This document shows positions 9,668 through 20,332 of a DNA stretch of 64,000 nt, piece by piece. The notes beneath the pieces are model-generated. The model had not been told where the DNA came from. It saw only the letters and a list, made by a program, of their open reading frames with translations, and ran no database searches. The position numbers and the translations under genes are program-made. The stretch's first letter is position 1. The number at the start of each line of letters is the position of its first letter. Origin of the DNA: Nannocystales bacterium (lineage in GTDB: Bacteria; Myxococcota_A; Polyangia; Nannocystales; Nannocystaceae); NCBI GenBank assembly GCA_050633305.1, contig JBOEGF010000008.1, forward strand, positions 478,474 through 542,473. The letters are read 5' to 3'.

Positions 9668-11383
9668 TCAGGACATCGCTTCGCGGAGCGCCTGAAGTTG
9701 AGCCCGCTGGGCGTCGGTCGCGTTCTCCAGCTGAGAGAGCCGCTCGATTGCGGTGCGGACCGAATCCATCTGGGTGCGGTGCGCGTCGTGGAGCTGGTTG
9801 ACCATCTCGCTGATCGACTCGATGGCGCGCGTGATCTGGCGGCTGCCGCGGGTCTGTTCCTGCGTCGAGCGCTCGACATGCCGAGTGATCGCCTTCATCT
9901 TCTCCGCCGAGCGCATGATCTGCTCGGCGCCGCGGGCTTGTTCCGCCGTGGCGGTCGCAACCTGCTGCACGGTTGTTGCGACGACGTTGATCGCGTCGGT
10001 GACCTGCTTGGAGCCTTTGGTCTGCTCGACGGTTGCGCGGGCGATCTCCCGGACCATCTGCGTGGCGCGGCGTGCCGCATCGGAGATGCGCTTGAGAGCG
10101 TCCTCCGCTTGGTGACTGACGCGGACACCATCGTCGACGCTCTTGGAGGAGCGCTGCACCACGATCACCGCGTTGCGGCTCTCCCTTTGGACCGACTTGA
10201 TGATCTCAGCGATCTCTTTCGTCGACGTCGCGGAACGCTCGGCGAGGTCCTTGATCTCGTCGGCGACAACCGCAAAGCCCTTGCCGTGTTCGCCGGCCTG
10301 CGCCGCGATAATGGCTGCGTTGAGTGCCAGCAAGTTGGTCTGCTCCGACACATCGTCGATGACGCTGAGGATCTTGCCGATCTCCTCGATGCGTCCACCC
10401 AAGCTCGAGATCACGCTGACGGCGTCGGCCGACGACAGCTTGATCATGTTGATCACCTCGATGGTCTGGTTGATCGCATCGACGCCGCCCTCGGCTGCCC
10501 AGACAACTTCCTCGGAAAGCTGGGCGGTCTCGTTGGCGTTGTTCTCGACCTGCTGAATCGAGATGTCCATCTCGTTCATCGCCGAGGAGGTTTCTTCGGC
10601 GGTGCTGGAGAGCGCTTCGATGTTCTTGGCGACCTCTTTGACCGAGAAGGTCATCTCCTCGATCGAGGTGGCGGTTTGCTGCACCGACGCCGCGAGGTTG
10701 AACATCGACTCGGCGACCTCGTCGTTGGCCGCCGCCATCTCGAGGATGGAGCTGGAACTCTCCTCGGCGTTGGAGGCGAGCAACTCGACGCTCTCCGAGA
10801 TCCCTTTGAGGCCCTGATCGATGTTGTCCATCGCCGAACGGGTCTCGTCCAGGTTGCCCATCGCGTCGCCGAGCTGTCGCTCCAGCCCGTCGATCGCTTC
10901 GGGGGCGATGCCGGTTGCGACCACGGGAGCCGGAGCTTCAATCTCGCCACCCGCAGGCGGGACATCGGCGGCCTGGCTGAGGGCGGCAGTCTTGGCCTTG
11001 AGAGCTTCAGCGCTGCGTTGCGCCTCGGCCTTCGCAGCCGCGGCCGACGCTTCGTGTTCTCGGGCGGACTTCTTTGCCGCTTCGAGTTCGTTGCGCAGAC
11101 GCTCGAGTTCGGCGGAATCACCGGCGGGCTGAGCCTGCAGCGCCTTGAGTTCGGCGTCGCTTTCGCGAAGCTGCTTCTGACCTTGAGAGACAGCGCCGAG
11201 CGCCGCCTGAAGTTCCCCCGCGATCATCCACGACGCCCCGGCCGCGACGAGCGAGGCCACCCCGGCCGCAGTCGCCGCAAGGCCGCCCGCCTCCGTGACG
11301 AGGTAGAAGGACAGCGCGGCCGCAACGAGAGCCGCTGCCGGCGGCAGGAGTGGAGGGATCCGGGGAGTGGGGTTCTCTGCCAC
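9668..11383 (-). CDS. Methyl-accepting chemotaxis protein
   Basis: Signalling hairpin [37 protein letters not shown]; two adjacent N-terminal TM; start inferred at GTG 11383. Confidence 0.95.
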   Translation of the reverse strand: MAENPTPRIPPLLPPAAALVAAALSFYLVTEAGGLAATAAGVASLVAAGASWMIAGELQAALGAVSQGQKQLRESDAELKALQAQPAGDSAELERLRNELEAAKKSAREHEASAAAAKAEAQRSAEALKAKTAALSQAADVPPAGGEIEAPAPVVATGIAPEAIDGLERQLGDAMGNLDETRSAMDNIDQGLKGISESVELLASNAEESSSSILEMAAANDEVAESMFNLAASVQQTATSIEEMTFSVKEVAKNIEALSSTAEETSSAMNEMDISIQQVENNANETAQLSEEVVWAAEGGVDAINQTIEVINMIKLSSADAVSVISSLGGRIEEIGKILSVIDDVSEQTNLLALNAAIIAAQAGEHGKGFAVVADEIKDLAERSATSTKEIAEIIKSVQRESRNAVIVVQRSSKSVDDGVRVSHQAEDALKRISDAARRATQMVREIARATVEQTKGSKQVTDAINVVATTVQQVATATAEQARGAEQIMRSAEKMKAITRHVERSTQEQTRGSRQITRAIESISEMVNQLHDAHRTQMDSVRTAIERLSQLENATDAQRAQLQALREAMS

Positions 11384-11624
11384 GTGAGCCCGCAGTGTAG
11401 CGATCGCGGTCGCTTGGATCCAAGGGACTCGCGCGGACGGCAGTCGCCGGACCCGGACCCCCATCCCCGCCGGCCCCCCAGCGGTGTGACCCCGGGGCCG
11501 GAACGCCGGACTCCCACGACGCTGTGCGGGTGTTCACGACACCCGATTCGGGAGCCGAGCCCCCCGAGAAAGACGAACCGCAAGAACGCGGGCGTCAGGG
11601 GACGTGTAGTGGCGGTTCGCCTCT

Positions 11625-12584
11625 TTAGAGGAGCGAGAGCTGGGTCGCTTCGCCGTGGACCACGACGTCGGCACCCAGGGTCCGCAGCCAGGAAGCGCCC
11701 GAGGACGTCCAACCCGGGTCTCCCGTGAGAAACACCGCTGGCTTGCCGCAGGCCTGCCAAAACGCATGAAGAGCCGCTCGATCCATGCGTCCCGGGCAGC
11801 ACAGATCGACCGTCTCGATCTGCTCCCCGCCCCGCCGCTTCATCCAGGCCTTGAGATCTGTCTGTACGACTTCGGGCGCATCGACCAGGGCGACGGCCAC
11901 GACTTCGTGGCGCCGGAGCCCCGCGCCATCCAACGCATCGTGCGGCCACAGCAAGACCGCGGCTTCAGGATCGAGCGCCTCGATGTGCGGACTGAAGCGG
12001 GGGTGGGCCGCGATGCGGACCGTTCCCATGCATGCCTGAGCGACCTGCAGAGCACCCACCGCGGTGTCAACCAGCAGCAAGACCTCCCCGCCGAGCTGGG
12101 TCAGCAGCTGAACACCTCGTGCGCTGAACTTCTTCGGCGCCGGCTCGACTGCCCACTCCGGGCTCGCCCGAAGCAGCAACCAGTCGCAGGTGGCTGGAGT
12201 CGCACCGGGTCCGAGCGCCCACGTATAGAGGCAGGACGTCCCGCCCTTGCGGGGCTCCATCAACAGCGACGAGCCTCCCAGCGGCAACCCGGAGGCCAGC
12301 GTCTGCAGCCGAAGCCGTCCCACGCCAAACTCTCGGCCATGGTCGACCAAGATCGCTCGGGCGAGCGAGGTCCGCTGGGCCGGCGAGAGGTTCGCGAGCG
12401 CGAGGCCATAGAGGAGATCGCGATGCCCCATCCAAGGCCCGGGGGCCAACCGCTCCTGCGCCCCGAGGTGGGAGAGGAAACACGTCCGGCCGGACTGGGT
12501 GTCATCGATGCTCAGGCGCGCGCGCGCGAGCATGTGCTGCACCGCTTCGGCTTCCGCAGTCAGGTCCCGCGCCACTGTGATCAC
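11625..12584 (-). CDS. Degenerate metallo-beta-lactamase/beta-CASP-fold protein with C-terminal QLSLL
   Basis: Motif remnants CFLSHLGAQE, LASGLPLGGSS, LYTWA, CDWLLLRA; GTGA overlap with tadA. Confidence 0.6.
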   Translation of the reverse strand: MITVARDLTAEAEAVQHMLARARLSIDDTQSGRTCFLSHLGAQERLAPGPWMGHRDLLYGLALANLSPAQRTSLARAILVDHGREFGVGRLRLQTLASGLPLGGSSLLMEPRKGGTSCLYTWALGPGATPATCDWLLLRASPEWAVEPAPKKFSARGVQLLTQLGGEVLLLVDTAVGALQVAQACMGTVRIAAHPRFSPHIEALDPEAAVLLWPHDALDGAGLRRHEVVAVALVDAPEVVQTDLKAWMKRRGGEQIETVDLCCPGRMDRAALHAFWQACGKPAVFLTGDPGWTSSGASWLRTLGADVVVHGEATQLSLL

Positions 12585-13060
12585 TTTATCGCGCGGGCCT
12601 TGTGCTTGGCGCGCGCTGCTCGAAAAAAGCTACGCAGCTGGTCTGCACACCGCTCCGCGAACACCCCCGAGGTGATGTCCATGCGGTGGTTGAGGCGCGG
12701 GTCGTCGCAAAGCTCATACAGCGACCGAACCGCCCCCGCCTTGGGATCGCTCGCACCGTAGACGAGTCTCGCGACGCGAGCATTGACCAGCGTCCCCGCG
12801 CACATCGGACACGGCTCGAGCGTGACGTAGAGCGTCGCCCCATCGACCCGCCAACGCTTCATCGTTCGGCACGCCTCGCGAAGCGCGATGATCTCCGCGT
12901 GACCCGTAGGGTCCGCATCCACCTCGCGACGGTTGCCCCCCCGGCCGATGATCACCCCGTCGAGGACAACCACGGCACCGACGGGGACGTCACCTGCAGC
13001 GGCCGCCGCCTCGGCGATTCGCAGCGCCTCCTCCATGTAGCGCTCGTCTTCGTCGTCCAC
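12581..13060 (-). CDS. tadA: tRNA adenosine(34) deaminase
   Basis: DVPVGAVVV, DPTGHAEIIALR, TLEPCPMCAG, DPKAGA, RLNH, FFR. Confidence 0.95.
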   Translation of the reverse strand: MDDEDERYMEEALRIAEAAAAAGDVPVGAVVVLDGVIIGRGGNRREVDADPTGHAEIIALREACRTMKRWRVDGATLYVTLEPCPMCAGTLVNARVARLVYGASDPKAGAVRSLYELCDDPRLNHRMDITSGVFAERCADQLRSFFRAARAKHKARAIK

Positions 13061-13109
13061 GGGCGCCACCCTGCCAGTCCACCTCGGACGCGTCGAGTGG
13101 CGGAGGGGG

Positions 13110-13553
13110 TCAGCCTCTTCGCCAACGACGAAGGATGTCCGCGACGTACACGGCACATCCAGCAGCGAACCCCAGAAAGATGAGCGTCCCCTCGGGTCCG
13201 GAGGTGGGCAGCATTAGAGCCAAGGCACTGAGCACGACAAACCCGACGCCAACCCCCGCCACCAAGACTCCGGCGACGACACCGTATATCGGCGAGAACT
13301 GCACGTAGCCGTACTCGGGCGAAACCGGCGCAGCCTCCTGCCGAACCGGCGTGGAACACGGGTACAGAGGATCAACGAACACATGCGAAGGCACTCGGCT
13401 CTCGGACTGGCGCGCACGCCAAGCCACCGGCTCAGTCTCCAGCGCCGCGTCGGAAACCTCGCACTCGTACCTCGGCCACTCGATGGCGGTCTCGGCGAGC
13501 GCACGCTCTCGAGCCGAACCGTAGCGCGGCGCAGAGAGCGGACCCTCGCTCAC
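13110..13553 (-). CDS. Small membrane protein (two C-terminal TM helices)
   Basis: Open frame filling the gap; two hydrophobic segments followed by RRWRRG. Confidence 0.5.
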   Translation of the reverse strand: MSEGPLSAPRYGSARERALAETAIEWPRYECEVSDAALETEPVAWRARQSESRVPSHVFVDPLYPCSTPVRQEAAPVSPEYGYVQFSPIYGVVAGVLVAGVGVGFVVLSALALMLPTSGPEGTLIFLGFAAGCAVYVADILRRWRRG

Positions 13554-13627
13554 TCCCCGATACGGACTCTGCAGGCCTGACACCCTTGAGTTTCGACACC
13601 GCGCCGCCGCGGATTGTTCCCCAGGAC

Positions 13628-13667
13628 ACAACAAAGCCCCCGTGCCGCATCAAGCGGCCGGAGGCTT
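13628..13667 (-). terminator. Intrinsic terminator downstream of the acyl-CoA dehydrogenase
   Basis: Minus strand AAGCCTCCGGCCGC-TTGAT-GCGGCACGGGGGCTT followed by TGTTGT. Confidence 0.7.
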
Positions 13668-13682
13668 CACAGACCGAAGTCC

Positions 13683-15497
13683 CTACTCGGCTGCGAACAG
13701 GTACTCGTCCATGCAGCTGCGGTCGCCGCTCTGCACCGTCTTCGCGAACGCGGTCGCGGCTGGGAGCAGGTGTGCGACGTAGAAGTCGAGGTTGGCCAGC
13801 TTGCCCTTGAGCAGGTTGGTCTCCTTGCCGCCGTCGATCATCCGCTTGGCGACTCGAGCCTGGTCGAGCGCTTCCATGCCCAACAGGACGGTGCCGAAGG
13901 CCCGCAGGAACGGAACGGCGTGCACGAAGGCGCCGTCGATGTCGCCGCCGCCGGCGACCTTGCCCAAGTGCATGGCGCATGCGCCGAGCTGGCCGATCGC
14001 CTTGCCCAGCGAAGCCGTCTGCTCGGTGAAGCCTTCTTCGGCGCCCGCTTTGAGCTCGCCCTGGGCTTCGCCCATCCACTCCATGAACAAGGCGCCGTTC
14101 TTCACGCGCATCTTGCGACCGAGAAGGTCGAGCGCCTGAATGCCGTTGGTCCCCTCGTAGACGGCCTGAATCTTGGCGTCACGCACGAGCTGCTCGACGG
14201 GGTACTCCTGGGTGTAGCCGTAGCCGCCGTAGACCTGAACCGCGGTCGAAGCCATCTCCATGGAGAGGTCGGTGAGGTGGGCCTTGAGGATCGGGATGAG
14301 CAGGTCGGCCCGCCCCTCGAGCTTGTCGCGAAGCTTCTCGTCCTCGGTCGTCTTGATCTGGTCGTCGAAGAACGCCATGCGCATGCAGGACGAACGCGAG
14401 GTCTCGGAGATGACTTTGAGCGTCATCAGCATTCGACGAACGTCGGGGTGCTTGACGATCGGGACCCGTCCATCTTCGCTGTCGCGCTGGCCGAGCTTGG
14501 TGCCCTGCACCCGCTCGCGCGCGTACTGAAGCGCGAAGGCGTATGACGCTGCCGAGGTGGCGCTGCCCTGCGCGGCGACGCCGATGCGCGCCTCGTTCAT
14601 CATCTTGAACATGTGGGAGATGCCCTCCCGCTCTTTGCCGATGAGCCAACCGCGACACGGCCGATCGGACCCGAAGGCGACGGTGCACGTGGCGGATCCG
14701 TTGATCCCCATCTTGTGCTCCAAGCCGACGACCTTCGCGCCGTTGCGCTCGCCCAGCTCGCCCGACTCGAAGTCGAACATGAACTTGGGGACGACGAACA
14801 GGCTGAGCCCCTTGGTGCCCTGCGGCGACCCGGGGGTCCGCGCGAGCACCAGGTGCACGATGTTGGAGGCGAGGTCATGGTCGCCGCCGCTGATGAAGAT
14901 CTTCTCCCCCTCGATGAGGAAGACGCCTTCCTCCCCCTCAGCGGGGACAGCCTTGGCGCGGTTGTCTCCCACGGAGCTGCCGGCACCGGACTCGGTCAGG
15001 CACATGGTCCCGCCCCACTCACCCGTGAACAGCTTGGTGGCGACGATCTCGCTGTACTTGTCGTCCCCAAACGCTGCGACGACGCGTGCAGCGGCAGCCG
15101 AGAGGCCCGGGTACATCATGAATGCGGTGGCAGCGGAGACGAAGAACTCCAGGGTTCCCATCTCGACGGCCTTGGGCAAGCCGACGCCGCCCAGGTCGGG
15201 GTGGGCCGACGGAGCGACCCACCCGCCCTCGGCCAAGGTGTTCCAAGCGTGCTGGAATCCCTTGGGGGTCGTGACGTTGCCCTCGTCGTCAAGCGTGCAG
15301 CCCTGACGGTCTCCGACCGCGTTGATCGGGCTGAGCACCTCTTCTGCCACCTTCTTCGCCTCGGCGAACGTCTGCTTGTACGTGTCGACGTCGATATCGG
15401 CGTATTGTGGGGTGGCGCCCAGCTTGTCTGCGACCTGTAGCTGGTCGAAGAACACGAACTCCATGTCGTCGATATCAACTTTGAACGGCGTACTCAT
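13683..15497 (-). CDS. Acyl-CoA dehydrogenase (long form, FadE5/DmdC-like)
   Basis: GTMCLTESGAG, GEKIFISGG, EHKMGINGSAT, MMNEAR, QVYGGYGY, YEGTNGIQALDL. Confidence 0.95.
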   Translation of the reverse strand: MSTPFKVDIDDMEFVFFDQLQVADKLGATPQYADIDVDTYKQTFAEAKKVAEEVLSPINAVGDRQGCTLDDEGNVTTPKGFQHAWNTLAEGGWVAPSAHPDLGGVGLPKAVEMGTLEFFVSAATAFMMYPGLSAAAARVVAAFGDDKYSEIVATKLFTGEWGGTMCLTESGAGSSVGDNRAKAVPAEGEEGVFLIEGEKIFISGGDHDLASNIVHLVLARTPGSPQGTKGLSLFVVPKFMFDFESGELGERNGAKVVGLEHKMGINGSATCTVAFGSDRPCRGWLIGKEREGISHMFKMMNEARIGVAAQGSATSAASYAFALQYARERVQGTKLGQRDSEDGRVPIVKHPDVRRMLMTLKVISETSRSSCMRMAFFDDQIKTTEDEKLRDKLEGRADLLIPILKAHLTDLSMEMASTAVQVYGGYGYTQEYPVEQLVRDAKIQAVYEGTNGIQALDLLGRKMRVKNGALFMEWMGEAQGELKAGAEEGFTEQTASLGKAIGQLGACAMHLGKVAGGGDIDGAFVHAVPFLRAFGTVLLGMEALDQARVAKRMIDGGKETNLLKGKLANLDFYVAHLLPAATAFAKTVQSGDRSCMDEYLFAAE

Positions 15498-15556
15498 GAC
15501 TCTTCGCCAGTCTATAAGGCTTTCGAACAAGGGCCACAACACCCTCTGAGCCTCCC

Positions 15557-16906
15557 GTGCAGCATTGGAACGCAGGCATCGTCGTCAATCTGCTGGTCGT
15601 GGCCGTTCTGCTGGCTCTGGCGGCGGGACTGCGAAATCGCATTGCCCCCCTGCGCCGGCTGGGCATTCCGGACTGCATCATCGCAGGGACGATCGGGCTG
15701 GCCTTCGGGCCCTCCGCGCTGGACATCGTCCCACTTTCGATTCCGGACCTCGAACTGCTCGTCTACCACGGGTTTGCGCTGGTCTTCATCGCGGTCGGAC
15801 TCCAAAGAACCGCGGAAGGAACGCGACCCGGCGGAGCGCGGTCGGTCGCGGTCGCGATCCCGACCGTGTCGGTCATTCAGGTCACGATCGGCCTGCTGGT
15901 TGTGGGGGCCTGGGAGCTGTGGGGAGGAATCCATCCAGGCTTCTCGCTTCTGCCGATGCTGGGGTTCTCGCAGGGGCCGGGCCAGGCGCTTTCCTTGGGC
16001 GGCGCTTGGGAGGCACAGGGATTCGTCGACGGTGCTCAACTGGGCCTGACCTTTGCTGCCGCAGGGTTTGCGACGTGCATTCTGCTGGGTGTGCCCACGG
16101 TCGCCTGGGCCCGGCGAGCAGGCTGGGTCTCGAGCCAGCGCGCCACCGCACCGCCCGAAGTCCCCATCACCGCGCAAACCCAACAGGGTGCGATGGAGCC
16201 GCTGAGCGGTTCGCTCGTGGCGATCGGGGTCATCTACGCAGCGGTCTTCTGCTTCATCTCAGCGCTTGTCCTCGTACTCCCCGAGAGCCTGGTTCCCACC
16301 GCCTGGGGATTCCACTTCATCATCGGAGCCTTGTTCGCGCTGGCGGTCCGCCGAGGCGCGCGTGCCATTGGGCGCGAATCATGGTTTCACGATCGCTTGC
16401 TCGGACGCGTCGCGGTGGTCGCGGTCGACTTCACGACAACCGCCGCGTTGTGTGCCGTGCAACTCGCGGTGCTCGGCCGCTGGCTCGCGCCCGTGCTGGC
16501 GCTCTCCCTCATCATCGGCGCCCTCACCCTGGTCTTCTGCCTATGGATTGCGCGGCGGGTCTTCCCACAAGAACCCTTCGAGCACGCCATCATGATGTTC
16601 GGGATGGCCACGGGAACTCTGCCCACGGGGCTCGCACTGCTGCGCTCGGTCGACCCCGACCTCAGCGGTTCGGTCGCGCGCAACGCCACGCTGGGCGTCT
16701 CGGGCTCGGTCCCCTTCATGGCGCCGCTGTTGGTGGGGGTCGTTCCCTTCGCGGTCAGCTTGTGGCCGCAGGGCATCGGCGCGTCCATCGGCATTCCGCT
16801 GGCACTCATGCTCGCCTACGCCGCCGCCCTGGGCATCGCGTGGCGCTCCATGACCCCGGCCCGCCGGTTGCGTCCCTGGACATCGCTTTGGCCGCCAGAC
16901 CCCTGA
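15557..16906 (+). CDS. gltS: Sodium/glutamate symporter (GltS/ESS family)
   Basis: LRRLGIPDCIIAG, GFSQGPG, FGMATGTLPTGLALLR; about 11 TM. Confidence 0.75.
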   Translation: MQHWNAGIVVNLLVVAVLLALAAGLRNRIAPLRRLGIPDCIIAGTIGLAFGPSALDIVPLSIPDLELLVYHGFALVFIAVGLQRTAEGTRPGGARSVAVAIPTVSVIQVTIGLLVVGAWELWGGIHPGFSLLPMLGFSQGPGQALSLGGAWEAQGFVDGAQLGLTFAAAGFATCILLGVPTVAWARRAGWVSSQRATAPPEVPITAQTQQGAMEPLSGSLVAIGVIYAAVFCFISALVLVLPESLVPTAWGFHFIIGALFALAVRRGARAIGRESWFHDRLLGRVAVVAVDFTTTAALCAVQLAVLGRWLAPVLALSLIIGALTLVFCLWIARRVFPQEPFEHAIMMFGMATGTLPTGLALLRSVDPDLSGSVARNATLGVSGSVPFMAPLLVGVVPFAVSLWPQGIGASIGIPLALMLAYAAALGIAWRSMTPARRLRPWTSLWPPDP

Positions 16907-16916
16907 TAGGCTGATC

Positions 16917-17954
16917 GTGGTGCCGGGCCGGAGTCTCACTCGACGTTCCGTCGCGGTCGCATTCGCCATCTGTACAGCGGGCTGTGGCCCCGAGATTCCG
17001 TTCACGTGGCAGGTCGTCGATGTCCTCGACCTCGGGATGAACGTGGAAGTCACGGAGTTGGGTCCGCTGGGCAATCCGCCGGAATCTCGAGACCGAGCCT
17101 TTCAGGAAGCGATGCCGCTGGACCGCATTCGGGCCTCGGTGATGGTCGCGGACACGGACGGGCCCGTCTCCGCACAAGACCTCTCGTTCGCGTGGTTCGC
17201 CTGCTCCAGCACCGCCTGCGACTCGAGCCTAGACACCCCCGCGTGCCCCGAAGAAGGCGTGGAGCTCACGGACTGCGCGCTGGGGACGGCTCCGGAGATC
17301 ACGTTTCAGTTCGCGGACCTCGACGACCCTGAAGAGAGCTTGCTGGCGCTGGCAACCGGGAGGCGCGCGATCGTCCGAGCGATCGGCGGACTGCGCGACG
17401 ACCCTGGCCCGCAGGCCTGCCTGGAGCGGCTCGAAAGCGGCTCCGACCTGGGGCGGTGCCTGATCGTGGACGGGCTCGCACCGCAGGGCTCGCTCGGCGA
17501 GCTCTTCGACCTGTACGAGAGCCGCGGAGGGGTCCTTCCAGATGACCCGCTCCTGGATCTCCAACGGCAGTTCGTCCGCAACCGCACCCCGCTGGCCTCC
17601 CAGGTTTGGCTGCGCCGTGAGGGCGCCGAGTCTGGGACCCAGGTCTTCCCCGAGCAACCGATCTCCGCCCAGGTGGATGAGGTCCTCGAGTTCGAGTGGC
17701 GAGCGTCCGAGGCCGACCTCGAGGAGGTCACCGTGGTGATCGACTCGACCGGCACAACGGTCACGAGCTTCGACACGTTCACAGACTCGTGGTGGACGAC
17801 GCAACGCGCGACGGAGTTTGACGACACGGGTCTGAGCCCGAGCGTCCGCTGGGTCGTCGGGCCCCAAACCGGAACGTTCACCCTCTATACGGTGATTCGT
17901 GACGACTCCGATGCGACCGACTGGGCAACGTTCACCGTCGAGGTCTCGGGGTGA
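16917..17954 (+). CDS. Lipoprotein associated with the TonB-dependent receptor
   Basis: Lipobox ICTAGC; C-terminal LYTVIRDD..ATDW; GTGA overlap with the receptor. Confidence 0.75.
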   Translation: MVPGRSLTRRSVAVAFAICTAGCGPEIPFTWQVVDVLDLGMNVEVTELGPLGNPPESRDRAFQEAMPLDRIRASVMVADTDGPVSAQDLSFAWFACSSTACDSSLDTPACPEEGVELTDCALGTAPEITFQFADLDDPEESLLALATGRRAIVRAIGGLRDDPGPQACLERLESGSDLGRCLIVDGLAPQGSLGELFDLYESRGGVLPDDPLLDLQRQFVRNRTPLASQVWLRREGAESGTQVFPEQPISAQVDEVLEFEWRASEADLEEVTVVIDSTGTTVTSFDTFTDSWWTTQRATEFDDTGLSPSVRWVVGPQTGTFTLYTVIRDDSDATDWATFTVEVSG

Positions 17955-20305
17955 TCGTCCTGCTGGGACTCGCCCTCGCCCTTGCGGCCCCCGCCGCCCC
18001 ACCCTGTGACGTCGCCCCTTGCAGCTCGCTCACCGTGAGGCTCCGCCGGCGAGGCGACCGGGCACCGCTCGAACAAGCCACGGTCATCGCGATCCCTGCC
18101 CCGCCTCAAGCGAAACCAGGCGCCTTGGATCCGCCCCCCCCGCTTCCGCCCGACGGACCCGCGTGGCAGCGAACCGTGACCACGGATGACGACGGCGTTG
18201 CGACGCTGAAGGAGCTCCCCGACACCGGCGCTCGTTTGATCGTGATCGCGACCGGGTACGAACGCCTCGAATGGGTGGTGCTCCCCGGGGACAAGCCGCT
18301 GTCCGTGTTCGTCGACCCCCTCGACCAAGACACGTTTCGCACCGTCGTGAAGACCGACAGCGGGCCGACGCGCGCCCGTGGCCAGTCCCAGCTGCTCACC
18401 CGCGAAGAGATCAAGACGGTGCCCGGCGCCCAAGGGGACCCGCTGCGTGCGCTCCAGAACATGCCCGGAGTGGCGCGCAGCCCCTTCAACTTGGGGCTGC
18501 TGGTCCTTCGGGGCGCCTCGCCGTCCGCATCGCGCGTCTACATGGGCGGGCATGCTCTACCGCGGGCATTTCATGTGCTCTCGCTGTCGAGTGTCTTTCC
18601 AGCGGAGGTCCTCGACGACCTCCGGCTCGTCCCGGGCAACTTCGACGCGGCCTACGGCAACGCGACCGGCGGCATCGTGGAGATCGACCCCCGCGCCGGC
18701 CGACGCGACGGCATACACGGGTTCTCCGAGCTGGATATCGGCGCGGCGACCACGATGCTCGAAGGGCCGGTGGGCAAGGGCTCGTTCATCGTCTCCGCGC
18801 AGCGTGGCTACTACGACCTCGCTCTGCGCACCGCGGACAGCATCACCGAGCGCGTCACGGGCGAGCCGGGCGGCAACCTCTACCCGACCTACTACGACTA
18901 TCAAGGCCTCCTGGACTACCCCATGCGGGGCGGTTCCTGGAGCGTGCGAGTGTTTGGCTCCGGCGACAGACTCCGCACGCCACCCCCGATCCCAGGCACC
19001 CCCGACACCGGCTTCGACCTCCGCAACGGCTTTCACCGGGTGGACTTCGCGGTCCGTCAGCGTGCCGCGGGATGGCGCCTGTGGTGGACGCCATCGGTCC
19101 GATACGAGAGCGGGTCGTTCCTCGTCCGCGAGAGCACATTCCGACAGCGACGCCGCGACGCGGTCGTCTCGATGCGCACCGAGCTCTCCCGCCGCTTCAC
19201 GCCGCGCTTCTCTTGGTTGCTGGGCACCGACCTCGAAGTCGACACGTTCTCCGTCCGCCGCGAGATCCTCGAGCCCTCCCCGCTCGTGTCCGACCCCGAG
19301 TCTCCGCGTTCCCGGGGGGTTGTCTCGACGATCGGTGTGTACTCGACGGCCCCCCTCGACCTCGGCCCAGCGCATCTCGTCCTCGGCGCGCGCGGTACCG
19401 CGTTCACGGTGGAGGACGACGCAGCGTTCTCCTTCGACCCCCGTCTGAACACCAGCTTCGATGTCGGTGAGCGCTGGGTGCTGCACGCAAGCGTCGGCAA
19501 GTACTCCCAGCTGCGAAGCGACGACAACGATGTCACTGTCGACATCGCCAACTCGATTCAGCCGGCGCTGTGGTATCCGCCGGTGCTCTCCCGGTTTGAC
19601 GAGACGGTCTCCTTCGACCCTGGCGCGCAACCGCTGAGCGTACGTCAGGCCCTACACGCCAGTGTGGGGGCCGACTGGCAGATCACCGACGGGATCACGG
19701 CAGAGGCGACGGTCTTTGGGCGCGAGCAAGACAACGCCACACCGCTGTCTACCGAGGACAACGGCCACGTCCCGTACGCGACCCGGGAGCACACCCTCGG
19801 CCTGCAGACGATGCTGCGCAAACATCTCGGCGGAAACCTCTACGGCTGGGTCACCTACACATTGATGTGGTCCCAGCTTCGGTTCGTTGAGCAAGCGCCC
19901 GGCCTCGACCTGCAGAACCGACCCACCGACTTCGACCAGCGCCACAACTTCGGGCTCGTGGCGAGCTATGTCTTGCCCAACGGATGGCGTCTCGGAGGTC
20001 GCTTTCGGGTCAGTTCTGGCTACCCATACTCCCCGGTGATCGGGTCGGTGAACAGCCTGCAGACCCGCTACCCGTTGTTGGGACCGCGAAACAGCGCCCG
20101 GCTGGGGGTCTTTCATCAGCTCGACTTGCGCGTCGACAAACGGTGGACCCTCGATCGCGCGACCGTCACCGGTTACGTCGACGTTCAGAACGTCTACAAC
20201 CGAGCCAACCCGGATTCGATCTTCTACCGCTACGACTACCGGGAACCGGCGAGTTTCGTCGGTTTGCCCATCTTCCCCGCAATCGGTGTGCGCGTGGACT
20301 ACTGA
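17951..20305 (+). CDS. TonB-dependent outer-membrane receptor
   Basis: Signal peptide, plug (EIKTVPGAQGDPLRALQNMPGV; PGNFDAAYGNATGG), FDQRH, FHQLDLRVDKRW, terminal aromatic Y. Confidence 0.92.
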   Translation: MIVLLGLALALAAPAAPPCDVAPCSSLTVRLRRRGDRAPLEQATVIAIPAPPQAKPGALDPPPPLPPDGPAWQRTVTTDDDGVATLKELPDTGARLIVIATGYERLEWVVLPGDKPLSVFVDPLDQDTFRTVVKTDSGPTRARGQSQLLTREEIKTVPGAQGDPLRALQNMPGVARSPFNLGLLVLRGASPSASRVYMGGHALPRAFHVLSLSSVFPAEVLDDLRLVPGNFDAAYGNATGGIVEIDPRAGRRDGIHGFSELDIGAATTMLEGPVGKGSFIVSAQRGYYDLALRTADSITERVTGEPGGNLYPTYYDYQGLLDYPMRGGSWSVRVFGSGDRLRTPPPIPGTPDTGFDLRNGFHRVDFAVRQRAAGWRLWWTPSVRYESGSFLVRESTFRQRRRDAVVSMRTELSRRFTPRFSWLLGTDLEVDTFSVRREILEPSPLVSDPESPRSRGVVSTIGVYSTAPLDLGPAHLVLGARGTAFTVEDDAAFSFDPRLNTSFDVGERWVLHASVGKYSQLRSDDNDVTVDIANSIQPALWYPPVLSRFDETVSFDPGAQPLSVRQALHASVGADWQITDGITAEATVFGREQDNATPLSTEDNGHVPYATREHTLGLQTMLRKHLGGNLYGWVTYTLMWSQLRFVEQAPGLDLQNRPTDFDQRHNFGLVASYVLPNGWRLGGRFRVSSGYPYSPVIGSVNSLQTRYPLLGPRNSARLGVFHQLDLRVDKRWTLDRATVTGYVDVQNVYNRANPDSIFYRYDYREPASFVGLPIFPAIGVRVDY

Positions 20306-20332
20306 GCTCGCGATGCTCCTATACTCCCGGCC

